The notes beneath the pieces are model-generated. The model was not told the DNA's origin, did not search any database, and saw only the letters and a program-made list of their open reading frames with translations. A DNA stretch of 64,000 nucleotides. Source: Octopus bimaculoides (lineage: Eukaryota). Below, in pieces: positions 49,267 to 61,164 of the stretch. Location: positions 4,924,617-4,988,616 of the forward strand of contig NC_068994.1 of NCBI RefSeq assembly GCF_001194135.2. Reading direction: 5' to 3'. The first letter of the stretch is position 1. Every line of letters begins with the position of its first letter. Both the position numbers and the translations under genes were made by a program.

Positions 49267-52200
49267 ATAGGTGGATAAACAGACCGACAGATAGATAGAT
49301 AAATAAGAATCCCTGGCGCACAGACAGACAAAGTGGGGGAAGGGGTAGCCAGCGGACAGTGAGGGGACGTGATATGACAAGAGGAGAGTGAGTCTATAGG
49401 AACAAATATGTCAAGCCTTCCACTATACACTATTCACTCTTCCCTGCTGTATATATTGGTCCCCTGCCTTTTTCCCCCACTCTGGGATCTGGGCGAGTGA
49501 AGCAGGGGCAGATGATACCGAGTATTAAGTGATGTGAGAGGTGGTTAATAGCTGGGGCGTAGGGGTGATAAAGAATTTACACACCATTCCTTAGCAATGC
49601 TAGGAAAGTCGGAAGACTCCGGAAGGTGGTTGTGGTGATGGTGGTAGCTGTAATAGTAGCCGTAGTGGTCGTAGATATTTTTTTTAACTCGGCAATCACT
49701 GGGTGGTAGACCTATGATGAAAGACATTCCAAGCATGACCATCTTAATGTTTAAATCATAGAAAATAGGCTGGACTACATTGAAATTTTAAACGTATCCT
49801 CTTTTTTTCAAGATATGAGATAGTGATTTGAGGGAATTTGACTACTATGTCTAGCAGGTTGACTAACCACGGATAGGCTCAGGAGAAGATAGAGGAAGAG
49901 ATTGTGGTGATAGCAGTGCTGTAGTGGTAACAGTGAGGTGGTGGTGGTGGTGGTGGTAGTGTGATGGTAGTGATGATGGTGGACCTGGTAGTGGTGGTAG
50001 TGGTGGTGGCAGTAATGATATTGTGCAGATGGCAAAATTGGTGCTGGTGGTAGTAGTAGTGATGGTGGAGGTGGCGATGGTGGTGGTGGTAATAGAGATT
50101 ATGGTGGAAGTAAGTCTGTGTGTGTGTGTGTGTATGTTTGTGTGGTGTTATTAAATATCTCAGGGGTGCTTGTGGTGGTGGTGGTACATGGGTTGCTAGT
50201 GTAAGCTGAATGAAACAGCAAATGGTGTTGGTGGTTGTGATTATGTTTGTAGTGCTGCTGCTGCTGACGTTTCATCCCAGGTCACAGAAACTTATGATCA
50301 GAGACACTCCAACCATGACCATCATTTAATGAGTATGTCTTGTGTCCTTTCCTTATTCAAAAGGTTAGAGTGTTCCTTAGAGGAGAATTGGCACTCTTAC
50401 AATTCTTCCAGTTCCCCACCTCACAAATCTTCCAGTAATATCATGGATACAAGTTAATAATGCTCAAACGAGGTGGATCCCTGTTAGTTTCGACAATGAC
50501 AATTCAATAGTTCAGCTAACTGAATTAACATGCAAGTGGCAGAGTATTCCACAGACATGTGTGCCTTTAATATAATTCCCAAGCAGAATCTGTGCGATAC
50601 AGTGAGCAACAAAGCCATTCTATTAGAGTTACAGGTACAATCCATCCAATGGGCTTCTATGTAGTTTCTGTCTTTTCAGTTTTCCTCATAAAGCATAGGT
50701 TAGCCTGAAGCCAGAGAAAATGACATTTGACCAAGTTGCCACAATGTGGGATTGAACCCGGGATCTTATGGTTGTAAAGCAAACAGCTCCACTGTTTGGC
50801 CATACTGTGTCTACTTGATTCCAGTAATTGAGTTAACTCTTTTGTTACTATATTTCAGTTGAAATACATTGCCTTGATTTCAATTAATTTTTTTTTTTTT
50901 AGAATAATGAAAAATCTAGTAAAATCACTTGTTATAATTATACAGGTGTAAGGCAGTGAACTGACAAGATTGTTAGCATGTCGGCTAATTAAACAGGTGT
51001 TAAACACACACATCCATATTCTCATACACAAACATGCATTTATATATGTGCATGCATGCTCACCCTCATAGAATGTACATACATATTTATAGACTTCCAC
51101 ATCTACAAAAGTATATGCATGCACATGCAGATATGATACAAATGCATGCACACACACACATATAAACATGTGCATATGTACCAAGTGGTCTTATAACATC
51201 AAATTTTTGTTATATTCTAATGTTAAATACTGCTGTCCTCTTATCTTCAAACTAAGCCTGTCCTTTTTTTTAAATGGCATTCAATTTTGGAGAATTCTTG
51301 ATTATTGAGATTATCTCCCCTTATCAAGTGGAGCTGGTATTAACCCATATATATATACCCCTGGTTGTGTTTTCACGATGCAAAACTTGCTCCAACTTGT
51401 TTGGTTATGAATTCGCTGGGAAGTCATAAACCAGGGATCCCTTGATTTTGAGAAGTTTAGCGAAAGCAATGTTGTTGTCCTTTCACTGTTCAACCTTTCT
51501 GTGTAAATGGATATCTTCCACGAGTAACTTCATCATGTCACACTTCCAGTCTTGCAGTGTCTCCAAAATATCACAACCTAATCTCCTTCACAGTATCAAA
51601 ATACAGTTTGCCACACACATAAAGGTATTTGGAAGGGCAGCCAGCCTTAGAAACAATGCCAAAACAGACAATGGGATATGATTCAGTTCCTGGGCATATA
51701 TGGATTAATTGCCATTTGGCAATTATGGTACATCCTCTAGAGGTGGAGATAATTTTAATAAACTAACATTTTATGGTGTATGGTATTTGACATACCTATA
51801 TTTGTCTATATCATTCAAATACATCCCTCAAGAGACTAAGTTTTTTTCTCCAAGCTTATTTGTGTTTAAATTGTATGTCATTGTCACGACTGATTCCACC
51901 ACCATTTTAGTGTCCACTTTTCCATGCTTTTGTTGCTCAGGCAGAATTTTGTTGAAGTGGATTGTATATGGTCAGATGCCCTTTTTCTTGTCAACCCTCA
52001 CCTGTTTCCAAGTGATGTGATACTTCCCTATGACCAGACATCATTTCAAATAACATAGAAAACAAAGGACACTGCTTGCATAATGCTAACACCTGCTTAC
52101 AACTATCCTGTGATATTAAAGCAAGGGAATAGTGCAACACACACATATACACATATCAAAACAGGAGATTGGAAAAAAATTTTGGGTATAATTTTTTCCA

Positions 52201-52380
52201 GTCTCCCGTTTTCATATGCAATTACTCAGCAAATACCATTTTCTAGTATTTTTCAATTCTTATTCATGCCTCACACAATTATATAACATCTACATACAAC
52301 CTTAGAATATGTAGATGTGCTTCACAAGGACATACCTTGGACTATAAACCAATCTGCATCCCATATAATANNNNNNNNNN

Positions 52381-52413
<33 letters not shown>

Positions 52414-52694
52414 CATATATATACATAATACTATATATATGTATATGTATATATATATATATGATATGTCACAGCAGTTGTGCAACTTCTTTGGGCATAT
52501 ATTCTAGGTTATCAAAGAGTGTTGCTCAAGGAGCTGACTTGTATGTATGTATGTATGTATATATGCATGTATGTATGTATGTATATATGCATGTTTGTAT
52601 GCATGTATGTATATATGTATATATGCATGTATGTATGCATGTATGTATATATGCATGCAGGCAAACAAAAAAGCATGCATGTTTGTTTGTATAC

Positions 52695-52830
52695 AACAAG
52701 CTTCTTTCACTTCCTGCCAACCAAATCCACTCACAGGGCTCTGGTTGGCCTGGGGCCTTATTAGAAGACACTTAGCCAAGGTGCTACACAGTAAGACTGA
52801 ACCCAGAACCATGTGGTTGGGAAGCAAACT
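52695..52830 (-). mobile_element. Family C SINE copy
   Basis: Reverse complement of the 41048 head: ...gactgaacccagaaccatgtggttgggaagcaaacttcttacca. Confidence 0.75.
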
Positions 52831-53697
52831 TCTTACCATCCATTTCTACACACGCACACACGCATGCCTACATACATATATACATCAGTGCTTTTTGCTG
52901 ATGAGAGAGTTAGACGGGTTTTGCACCTTTTATTTGAAAGGTGACAGAAATTTGAAGAAAAAGTCTCAAGTAATATGATCCAGTAGGCAACATAGATTGA
53001 CCTTTATTTGAACCTGCAAACCACATATTTAAAAAAAAAAAAAAGAAAAGGAAAGACAAAATGATGGAGACAACATTTTTGTTTTGTTTTTTGGTCTTTC
53101 TTTGATTTTTATTTGTTTGTTTATTTTAATCTGATACCAACCACAGTTTTATAACATAACACTACACACATTTCTGCTGGCTTTCACCGTTGTCCTTGTC
53201 ATCGTCGTCGTCGTCATCATCATCATCACCATCATTGTTACTCTCATCATCATCTTCACCCTCATCCTTGTCATCATCACCTTTGCAATCCCTATTGCCA
53301 TTGTCATTGGTTTCATTATTATCCCCATCATCATCCTTGTCATCATCATCATTGCCACCACCATTGTCACCACTCACTCACACTATTACCATCACGAACA
53401 GCATTACAACCTCTTCTCCACCACTTACACTTTCTCATTATCATCATCATCATCATCATCATCACACCATTGTGAGAATGGATGGCTCAATTAGAAGTCA
53501 TGTCATAACAATGTCCTTTATCTGTAGCACAGGTGGTAGTGTGCTGTGTTAGTGATTTAACTATATTTTGTTCGAAACTTTCCTGATAAGAGTTCAAATT
53601 CTATTCAGGACCAATTTTGCATTTCATATCCTGCACACCTTTTTTATTTATTTATTTATTTATTTCTACCAGTAATAAACTAAATATCAGTCATACA

Positions 53698-53914
53698 ATG
53701 GTGGAATCGTTAGCTCGCCAGGCAAAATGCTTAGTGGCATTTCATCTGTCTTGATGTTCTGAGTTCAAATTCCACCAAGGTTGACTTAGCCTTTCATCCT
53801 TTTTGGGGTCGATAAATTAGGTAGCAGTCAAGTACTGGGGTCAATGTAATCAACTTAACCCTCCCCCAAAATTTCAGGCCTTGTACCTTGAGTAGGAAAG
53901 CTTATTATTATTAT
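53698..53914 (+). mobile_element. Family B SINE
   Basis: gtggaatcgttagc...gagttcaaattccacc...ttgagtaggaaagcttattattattatt. Confidence 0.8.
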
Positions 53915-54489
53915 TGTTTTAGTTTGGCTCAGGTTTGGTCTTAATTCTGATAGGATTTATGTGGGTAGCGGATTACTACGTGTAACCTTAGTTATCCACA
54001 AGTTTTCAGCAATCTTTCAAGTGCTTAGAACCCTCCTGATAATCCTTACTGTCCCTAAGAGACAAACTTTCTGTAGGAATTCTCTACCGGGAATTCTATT
54101 CCAATCTCCTTCAGCCATTTGTCTAGATCTTTGCTTACTGTTCCAATGCACCAATTATTACAGCCATGGCCTTTATGTGTTCTCACGCTCCAAATTCTTC
54201 CTAGTTCAAATTTTAAGGGATTTTACTTTCTGTGTTTCTCATTCTCTTTCTTAATTATCATTATCGTTTACATTGTTGCATTGCTTTATATGAAGCTGTT
54301 CCTACTCTCACCCAGAGATATCAAGTAACAGCAAGTTGGAGGGATAAAATCGACCTTGGCAGCATTTGAACTCACAATATGCAGAGCTGGAGAAATACCA
54401 CTAAGTGTTTTGACCAGAACACTAATGATTTTACCAGTTTGCTATTTTAATAATATTAATAATAATGATAATAATAATAATAATAATAA

Positions 54490-54727
54490 TTATTATTATT
54501 ATTATTATTATTTCTACTCTAGGCACAAGACCTTGAAAATTTTTTGGGAAAGGGGTCTAGTCGATTAGATTGATCCCAATAGGCAACTGGTACTTAATTT
54601 ATTGACCCCCGAAAGGATGAAAGGCAAAGTCGACCTTGGCGGAATTTGAACTCAGAATGTAGCAGCTGACGAAATACTTCTAAGCATTTCGCCTGGTGTG
54701 CTAACGATTCTGCCAGCTCGCCGCCTT
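54490..54727 (-). mobile_element. Family B SINE, full length, embedded in (AAT)n
   Basis: Ends ...gattctgccagctcgccgcctta; further partial copies at about 54340-54443 and 54806-54895. Confidence 0.85.
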
Positions 54728-54748
54728 AATAATAATAATGATAATAAT

Positions 54749-54781
<33 letters not shown>

Positions 54782-54948
54782 TATAATAAAGACAATAATG
54801 ATAATGCAGAATTTGAACTCGGAACATGAAGATGGATGAAATTCTGCTAAGCATTTTGTCCAGAATGCAAATGATTCTGCCAGATCAACACCTTGATAAC
54901 AATAACAACAACAACAACAACAACAACAACGATGATGATGATGATGAT

Positions 54949-55806
54949 AAAAGCATGGAAGGAAAAAAATGTACGGTCAGTTTGCAAGAGATGTGAACAT
55001 CAAGACAGATACAGAGGACCGGTGGCTATAGACGAGGAGCAGTGACCTAAAGATAGAGGCAGAAGCACTTATATGCATGGCTCAAGAACAAACGTTAAGG
55101 ACCAACTAAGTGAAGTGCAGAATAGTCAACACTACCAACAGCAACAAATGCAGAATGTATGGTGAGAGGGGTGAAACGGTATGGCACATTGTTAGCGAAT
55201 GCCCGAAATTGGCACAACACGAATACAAAAGACGCCAAGTGGTAAGAATGATCCATTGGGAGCTCTGTGGAAACCACAGCCTACAAAGAACAAAGACGTG
55301 GTGTGAGAAAACCCCGGAAGGAGTCACTGAGAATGAGAACTGCAAAATCCTGCGGGATGCAATGATCCAGTGCGATCAGCTGACTGGACATCGGAAACCA
55401 GACATTGTTGGGGTAAATAAAAAAGAAAGAACATGTATGATAATCAACATAGCATGCCCCAGTGACAACAAACAGGATCAATGTGAAAGAAGACAAAAAA
55501 ATAAACAACTAGGACGATTTGAAGCGGGAAATACGAAGGTTGTGGTCAAAGAGGAGAGCAGATGTGATACCAATTGTAATTAGTGCACTTGGAAGTATCA
55601 GCACTCAGCTACCAACATGGCTGAAAAAGACTGGTACAAATGTAAAGATGGAACACCTACAAAAATCAGTATTGCTTAGAACTACAAGAATTCTTGGCAG
55701 GGTTCTTGAAGCATGACCAGTAAACAAGGGTCACCTTAGTCTGCTGGCTGTGGACAGCTGACACTTTCCATCATAAACAGCAATATAAGCGATGAGCTTT
55801 CATCAC

Positions 55807-55842
<36 letters not shown>
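54949..55842 (+). mobile_element. 5'-truncated R4/Dong-like non-LTR retrotransposon (zinc knuckle + restriction-like endonuclease), (TAA)n tail
   Basis: MYGQF-like motif, DLK.E.EALI..AQEQ.LRTN, degenerate CCHC knuckle CRMYGERGETVWHIVSEC (55149-55202), RKPDIV...IIN-IACP-SD (PD at 55398-55403), C-terminal LQKSVLL.T.RIL; stop at 55714-55716, short 3'UTR, (TAA)n from 55807. Confidence 0.85.
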
Positions 55843-56770
55843 NNNNNNNNNNNNNNNNNNNNNNNNNNNNNNNNNNNNNNNNNNNNNNNNNNNNNNNNNN
55901 NNNNNNNNNNNNNNNNNNNNNNNNNNNNNNNNNNNNNNNNNNNNNNNNNNNNNNNNNNNNNNNNNNNNNNNNNNNNNNNNNNNNNNNNNNNNNNNNNNNN
56001 NNNNNNNNNNNNNNNNNNNNNNNNNNNNNNNNNNNNNNNNNNNNNNNNNNNNNNNNNNNNNNNNNNNNNNNNNNNNNNNNNNNNNNNNNNNNNNNNNNNN
56101 NNNNNNNNNNNNNNNNNNNNNNNNNNNNNNNNNNNNNNNNNNNNNNNNNNNNNNNNNNNNNNNNNNNNNNNNNNNNNNNNNNNNNNNNNNNNNNNNNNNN
56201 NNNNNNNNNNNNNNNNNNNNNNNNNNNNNNNNNNNNNNNNNNNNNNNNNNNNNNNNNNNNNNNNNNNNNNNNNNNNNNNNNNNNNNNNNNNNNNNNNNNN
56301 NNNNNNNNNNNNNNNNNNNNNNNNNNNNNNNNNNNNNNNNNNNNNNNNNGTAGTGATGATGATGATGATAATAAAGATGTTAGTGATTATAGTGATATGT
56401 TTGGTGTGCACTGGTGAAGAAAATGTTTATGCCGATGATGATGGTGGTGGTGTTAATGATGATAATGATGATGACTTTTCTAAATAAATAATTCAAGTTA
56501 AATGAGTATATTGTTAATGAGATAAGGATAAAGATGATGATCCTGGTGGTGGCGGTGGTGGTGCCTCAGTAGTAAATAATTAAGGTTAACTAATTATGCT
56601 ATTAAAGATAAAGATAAGGGTGATGACGATAATGATAATACAATAGTGATGTATGTGTTAGTGTCTGTATACAGGCACAGATATATATATATGCATGCAT
56701 TCATATACATACATGTATGAATACATGTATGTATACCTATGCACACACACAAAACACAAATGCACACATA

Positions 56771-56811
<41 letters not shown>

Positions 56812-56827
56812 ATTATATATGTGTGCG

Positions 56828-57047
56828 TAAGGTGGCGGCGAGCTGGCAGAATCGTTAGCATGCCAGGAAAAATGCTCAGTGGCATTTCGTCTGTCTTTAC
56901 ATTCTGAGTTCGAATTCTGCCAAGGTCGACTTTGCCTTTCATCCTTTTGGGGATGATAAATTAAGTACCAGTTATGCACTGGTGTCGATGAAATCGACTA
57001 GTCCCCTCCCCCAAAATTCCAGGCCTTGTGCCTATAGTAAAAGGGAT
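56828..57047 (+). mobile_element. Family B SINE with a probable 10-bp TSD
   Basis: taaggtggcggcgagctggcagaatcg...gagttcgaattc; tatatgtgtg at 56816-56825 and 57048-57057. Confidence 0.85.
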
Positions 57048-57304
57048 TATATGTGTGTGTGTGTGTGAGTTGTATGAACATATTTGTCTGTACATATATA
57101 TTTATCTGCATGCATTTGTGTGTGTGTATGTTATTGACTGTGTGCTTGTTTGCATGCATCTGTGTGTGTATAGATGCGTGTGCGTGTGTGTGCATGTGTG
57201 TGTTTAATATAGGAACAAAATACACAAAAACAGCAAAATAACAACAACAACAACAATACAAACAATGAAACATAAGTGTTTAAACTTAAATGTTTACCTC
57301 TAGA

Positions 57305-57480
57305 TATTAGAGGGACATCTGGGAAGATACCTCCAGGTAATAGTGAGACATTAAGATAGCTCCGTATATTAGGAAGGTGGGACATCTGGAAGATACCTCC
57401 AGATGGTAGTGAGACATTTGAAAGATGGATACATATGTTAGGTTAGTGGGACATCTGGAAAACACCTCCAGGTGTTAGCA
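57305..57480. repeat. Three-copy ~68-bp tandem repeat with a hairpin core
   Basis: gggacatctgg(g)aa(g/a)a(t/c)acctccag at 57312, 57379 and 57448. Confidence 0.85.
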
Positions 57481-60400
57481 ATATTAGCAGAGCATCTAAA
57501 ACTGAATTTCTCAACCACTTTTTATCTATGGACCCCCTTTGGTTACTATTTTATTCTGGTGGACCCCCATAGCCATTCAATGTTTAAAAACTAACTTTAT
57601 AGAAACTGCTTTTATTTAATGAAGATACACCAATGTATTTCTAAGATAAATAAAAACTCGGTTTTTGGACGTTGGGCAGTTGTGCATACGATAACTATGG
57701 CAGCATCTGGCAATGAAGGCCTCCCTCAGACCCAGGCATCCACTGCCTGCCACTGTCTGCCACTCAGTCGCTTTCAAGCATTAGTTGCGTTTGAATGAAA
57801 ATAGTGTTGCAAAATATAAATCCGACATACGACCAGATCGACTTACGACCTGTCGACTGGAAAGGAATTCAGTTGTAAGTCAATGTTTTTGTTATTGCCA
57901 GCATTTAGGATATTAAACATAATACTATTCTACAGATAATGAAAATTTGGGGACCACTTCGTCTATTGCACTTGTTCTTTTATGGGCTCTCAATGGTTTT
58001 AGTCTGAAAATGGTTTTAATTCTAAAAATGGTTTTAGGTATTTACTAAATTTTAGGATCTGTCCAACATTTTAGTATTTTAATTATCATATGATGCAGCT
58101 GATGGCGCATGTGATAACAACGAAGTGGCAGTGGTGGCAGTAATGGTAATAATGGTGATGTCAACAATAAAGACAATGATGCTGACAGCACTAATGATGC
58201 TGATGATGATGATGAAGATTATGATGATGATGATGATGATGATGACGATGATGGGCAATGACAGTAGTGATGACAACAGTGGCAATGAAGACAGGAATGG
58301 TGGTAACAATGATGACAGTAAGAATGATAATGAAGATGAAAATGACAATAATAATAACGATGACATTGCAGATGATGACAATGATGATGACATTGCAGAT
58401 GATGACAATGATGACAAAAACCTGCGTAGAGAACAACAACAACAACAACACAGTTGTCCAAGTCGTAGTAGAGAAGTTGTCGTTTGTACAAAGTATAAGA
58501 AAATGAAAATCCTTTTAAACTTTGAAAATACTTTTTTGAATCAATTAAGAGATCAAAGTGGACAGAGGTTAATTACTGATTAAAACAATCATTTTTTGAT
58601 TATTAAACAATGGCTCTTGTATATTGAGACGTTCTGATAATCATTGATTGGTCAGTTCAATAATTGAATTTGTAACCCAATTTGAAAGTTTGAAATGGAT
58701 CCACACTTCTAGATGGTCATTGATTGGTCAATCTATATTGTGTGACCATAATGCATAAATTCTAATGCAGCAAAACAACCAATTACCTAATAATTTCTGG
58801 CAGATCAATCCAATATTTTCTAACCATAATTAAAAAACAAACTGTACCAAGATTCTAAGTAATGTCTGGCAGTTCGCTCCAATATTTTGAGACTGTAATT
58901 CCATACATATTTTCCAGTAACTGTAATTCAGTCTAAAAGCATGAGGAGGAAATATTAATTGCTTTTGACTCCACACACAGGCCAATATTTTAAAAAGAAG
59001 TCTAATAATACAGATGGTTTGTGTCAACTCACATACATTATTGATATCTATTTCATCAACATTGAACTAATGAAGGCAAGCAGATTTTTCCCCAGCTGAA
59101 TCTGAAGAGAGTCAGATCAGGAAAGTGTTAAACTGGATTCTCAGGAAAGCATCTAGCACAAAGTTTGAGTATCTTGGCCAAACTCACTACACAGGGACCA
59201 TGGGTTTAAATATGAAAATAAATTTTGGAAATTTATTGAAAAGATTAAGTTTGACTAGTAGATTTACTCTTTCACTCAGTTCAACACCACAGCCTGGCTT
59301 TCTAGTGCCTTTAGCAGAGTCTAATCTATTTCTCAAGCATTTTGGCCAGTTCTCTGGTTTAAGGATATCTTCCTTTCTCCCCCTCATCAGTCTCATAGGC
59401 CCTATAAAGGGTCATGGTCACTGCTCTTTCCTCCAGATAAAAAAAAAACAAACTTAGTCTCACATCTAGTTATAGGGTATCTTTTGTGGAGTCATTCTTA
59501 TTGCAAGCATTCAGGCCAGCTCTATGGTTTGAGGATATTTTCCTCCTTCCCATCAGTTTCGGAGACCCTGAGACGGGGGTCATAGATGTTGCCTTTCTTC
59601 TTCTAAACCATTGAAAAGAAAAAATTTAAAAAATAAAGAAACAACATAGGATTTAAGAACAAGGGGCTGTTGTTATGAGGCCCAGGATAATTCTAATTCA
59701 AGAAACCTATGAGCAATGGCATTCCAGCCATGACCATCATGTCTTTTTATGAACTACATTATTCAATATGTCTCTCATCTTTTAAGAAGGTAATGTGCAA
59801 TTTGAGGGAAATTTGGCTGCTGTTTCTAGCAACTTAAGAAGCCCTGTAGAGAACAAGCTTAACAAAGTCCTCTTTGTTTTATGCTCACCTGTATAACTAA
59901 TTTAGGCCTACATAATTGATACCATTGAGGAAGGGCATTAATTATGTAAGCAAAGTGAAACTTCATACAATCTCATTCATTATACTGTCTCTGTAAAATT
60001 TTATATATTCACGTGTGCTTATGTTTGTGTGTGTGTGTATGGAAGGTTGGTATTATTGACGGAAGCATTGTGAGATCGAACACTGCCACAGCCATTGTCA
60101 TGTGTCGTTAAGCAAGACACATCACTCTACCTAAAACACAACAGTATAAAACACTAGAATGGACATTGAACTGTGAAAATAATACTCGCTTGAACAATTC
60201 AACAATTAACCTCAGGTAATTCCAGCTAACTTCAGGTACATTACAGCCGTCGGTGGCTCGGATCATGGCTAACTTAGTAGCTCCACAGGATTAGCATCTA
60301 AATTTGCAGGAAAAAGAAAAGTAAATAAATAAACACAAAAACCTCCCTACCCCCATCCAAGCCAGCATGAACAAATGGACATAAAAGAGTGAAAAAATAC

Positions 60401-60669
60401 AACAAAAACAAAAAGGAAAGGAAGTAAAAGAAGAGCAAGAAGAAGAAGAAGATGGAGAAGCTTCCGCTTAGCACAGTTATTTCAGTTTCTAAAGGATGTG
60501 TTTTATAAATGAGTGCAGATTAGGTACATCAGTCTGCACTGTTAATATTAGGGTCTACACTATAGTTCAGTTCACATGTTTACATGTAACATAGAAATAT
60601 GGGCTTTTGGTAAACTAACACTGTGAGGCAATGAGAAATGGAAAAGGGTGATGTTTGTAAGGTCATGTC

Positions 60670-60719
<50 letters not shown>

Positions 60720-60727
60720 CACACACG

Positions 60728-60758
<31 letters not shown>

Positions 60759-60802
60759 TTAAAATGCAGAGATGCCTATAATAGGACATCTACCCTATAA
60801 TT

Positions 60803-60846
<44 letters not shown>

Positions 60847-60884
60847 GTATATATATATGTATATAGATATATGTGGGTGGGTGT

Positions 60885-60924
<40 letters not shown>

Positions 60925-61044
60925 NNNNNNNNNNNNNNNNNNNNNNNNNNNNNNNNNNNNNNNNNNNNNNNNNNNNNNNNNNNNACATGTCCAACACACA
61001 TACATGCACATATGTATATCTGCATATATATATATATATGAATG

Positions 61045-61090
<46 letters not shown>

Positions 61091-61164
61091 TATATATATA
61101 TATGAATGCACTATATAAATTGTGTGGTATTAATTTGAATTAAAATTAAATTCACTAATTGTCT

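Noticed and set aside
57305-57480. CRISPR-like repeat/spacer appearance
   Set aside because: Eukaryotic context, only three imperfect repeats, no cas genes; kept only as a tandem hairpin repeat.
57485-57885. hAT-like terminus (ttctcaacc...ggacccc) and Tigger-like cgacttacgacc repeats
   Set aside because: Short motifs without paired TIRs or coding remnants; probably DNA-transposon debris, but not callable.
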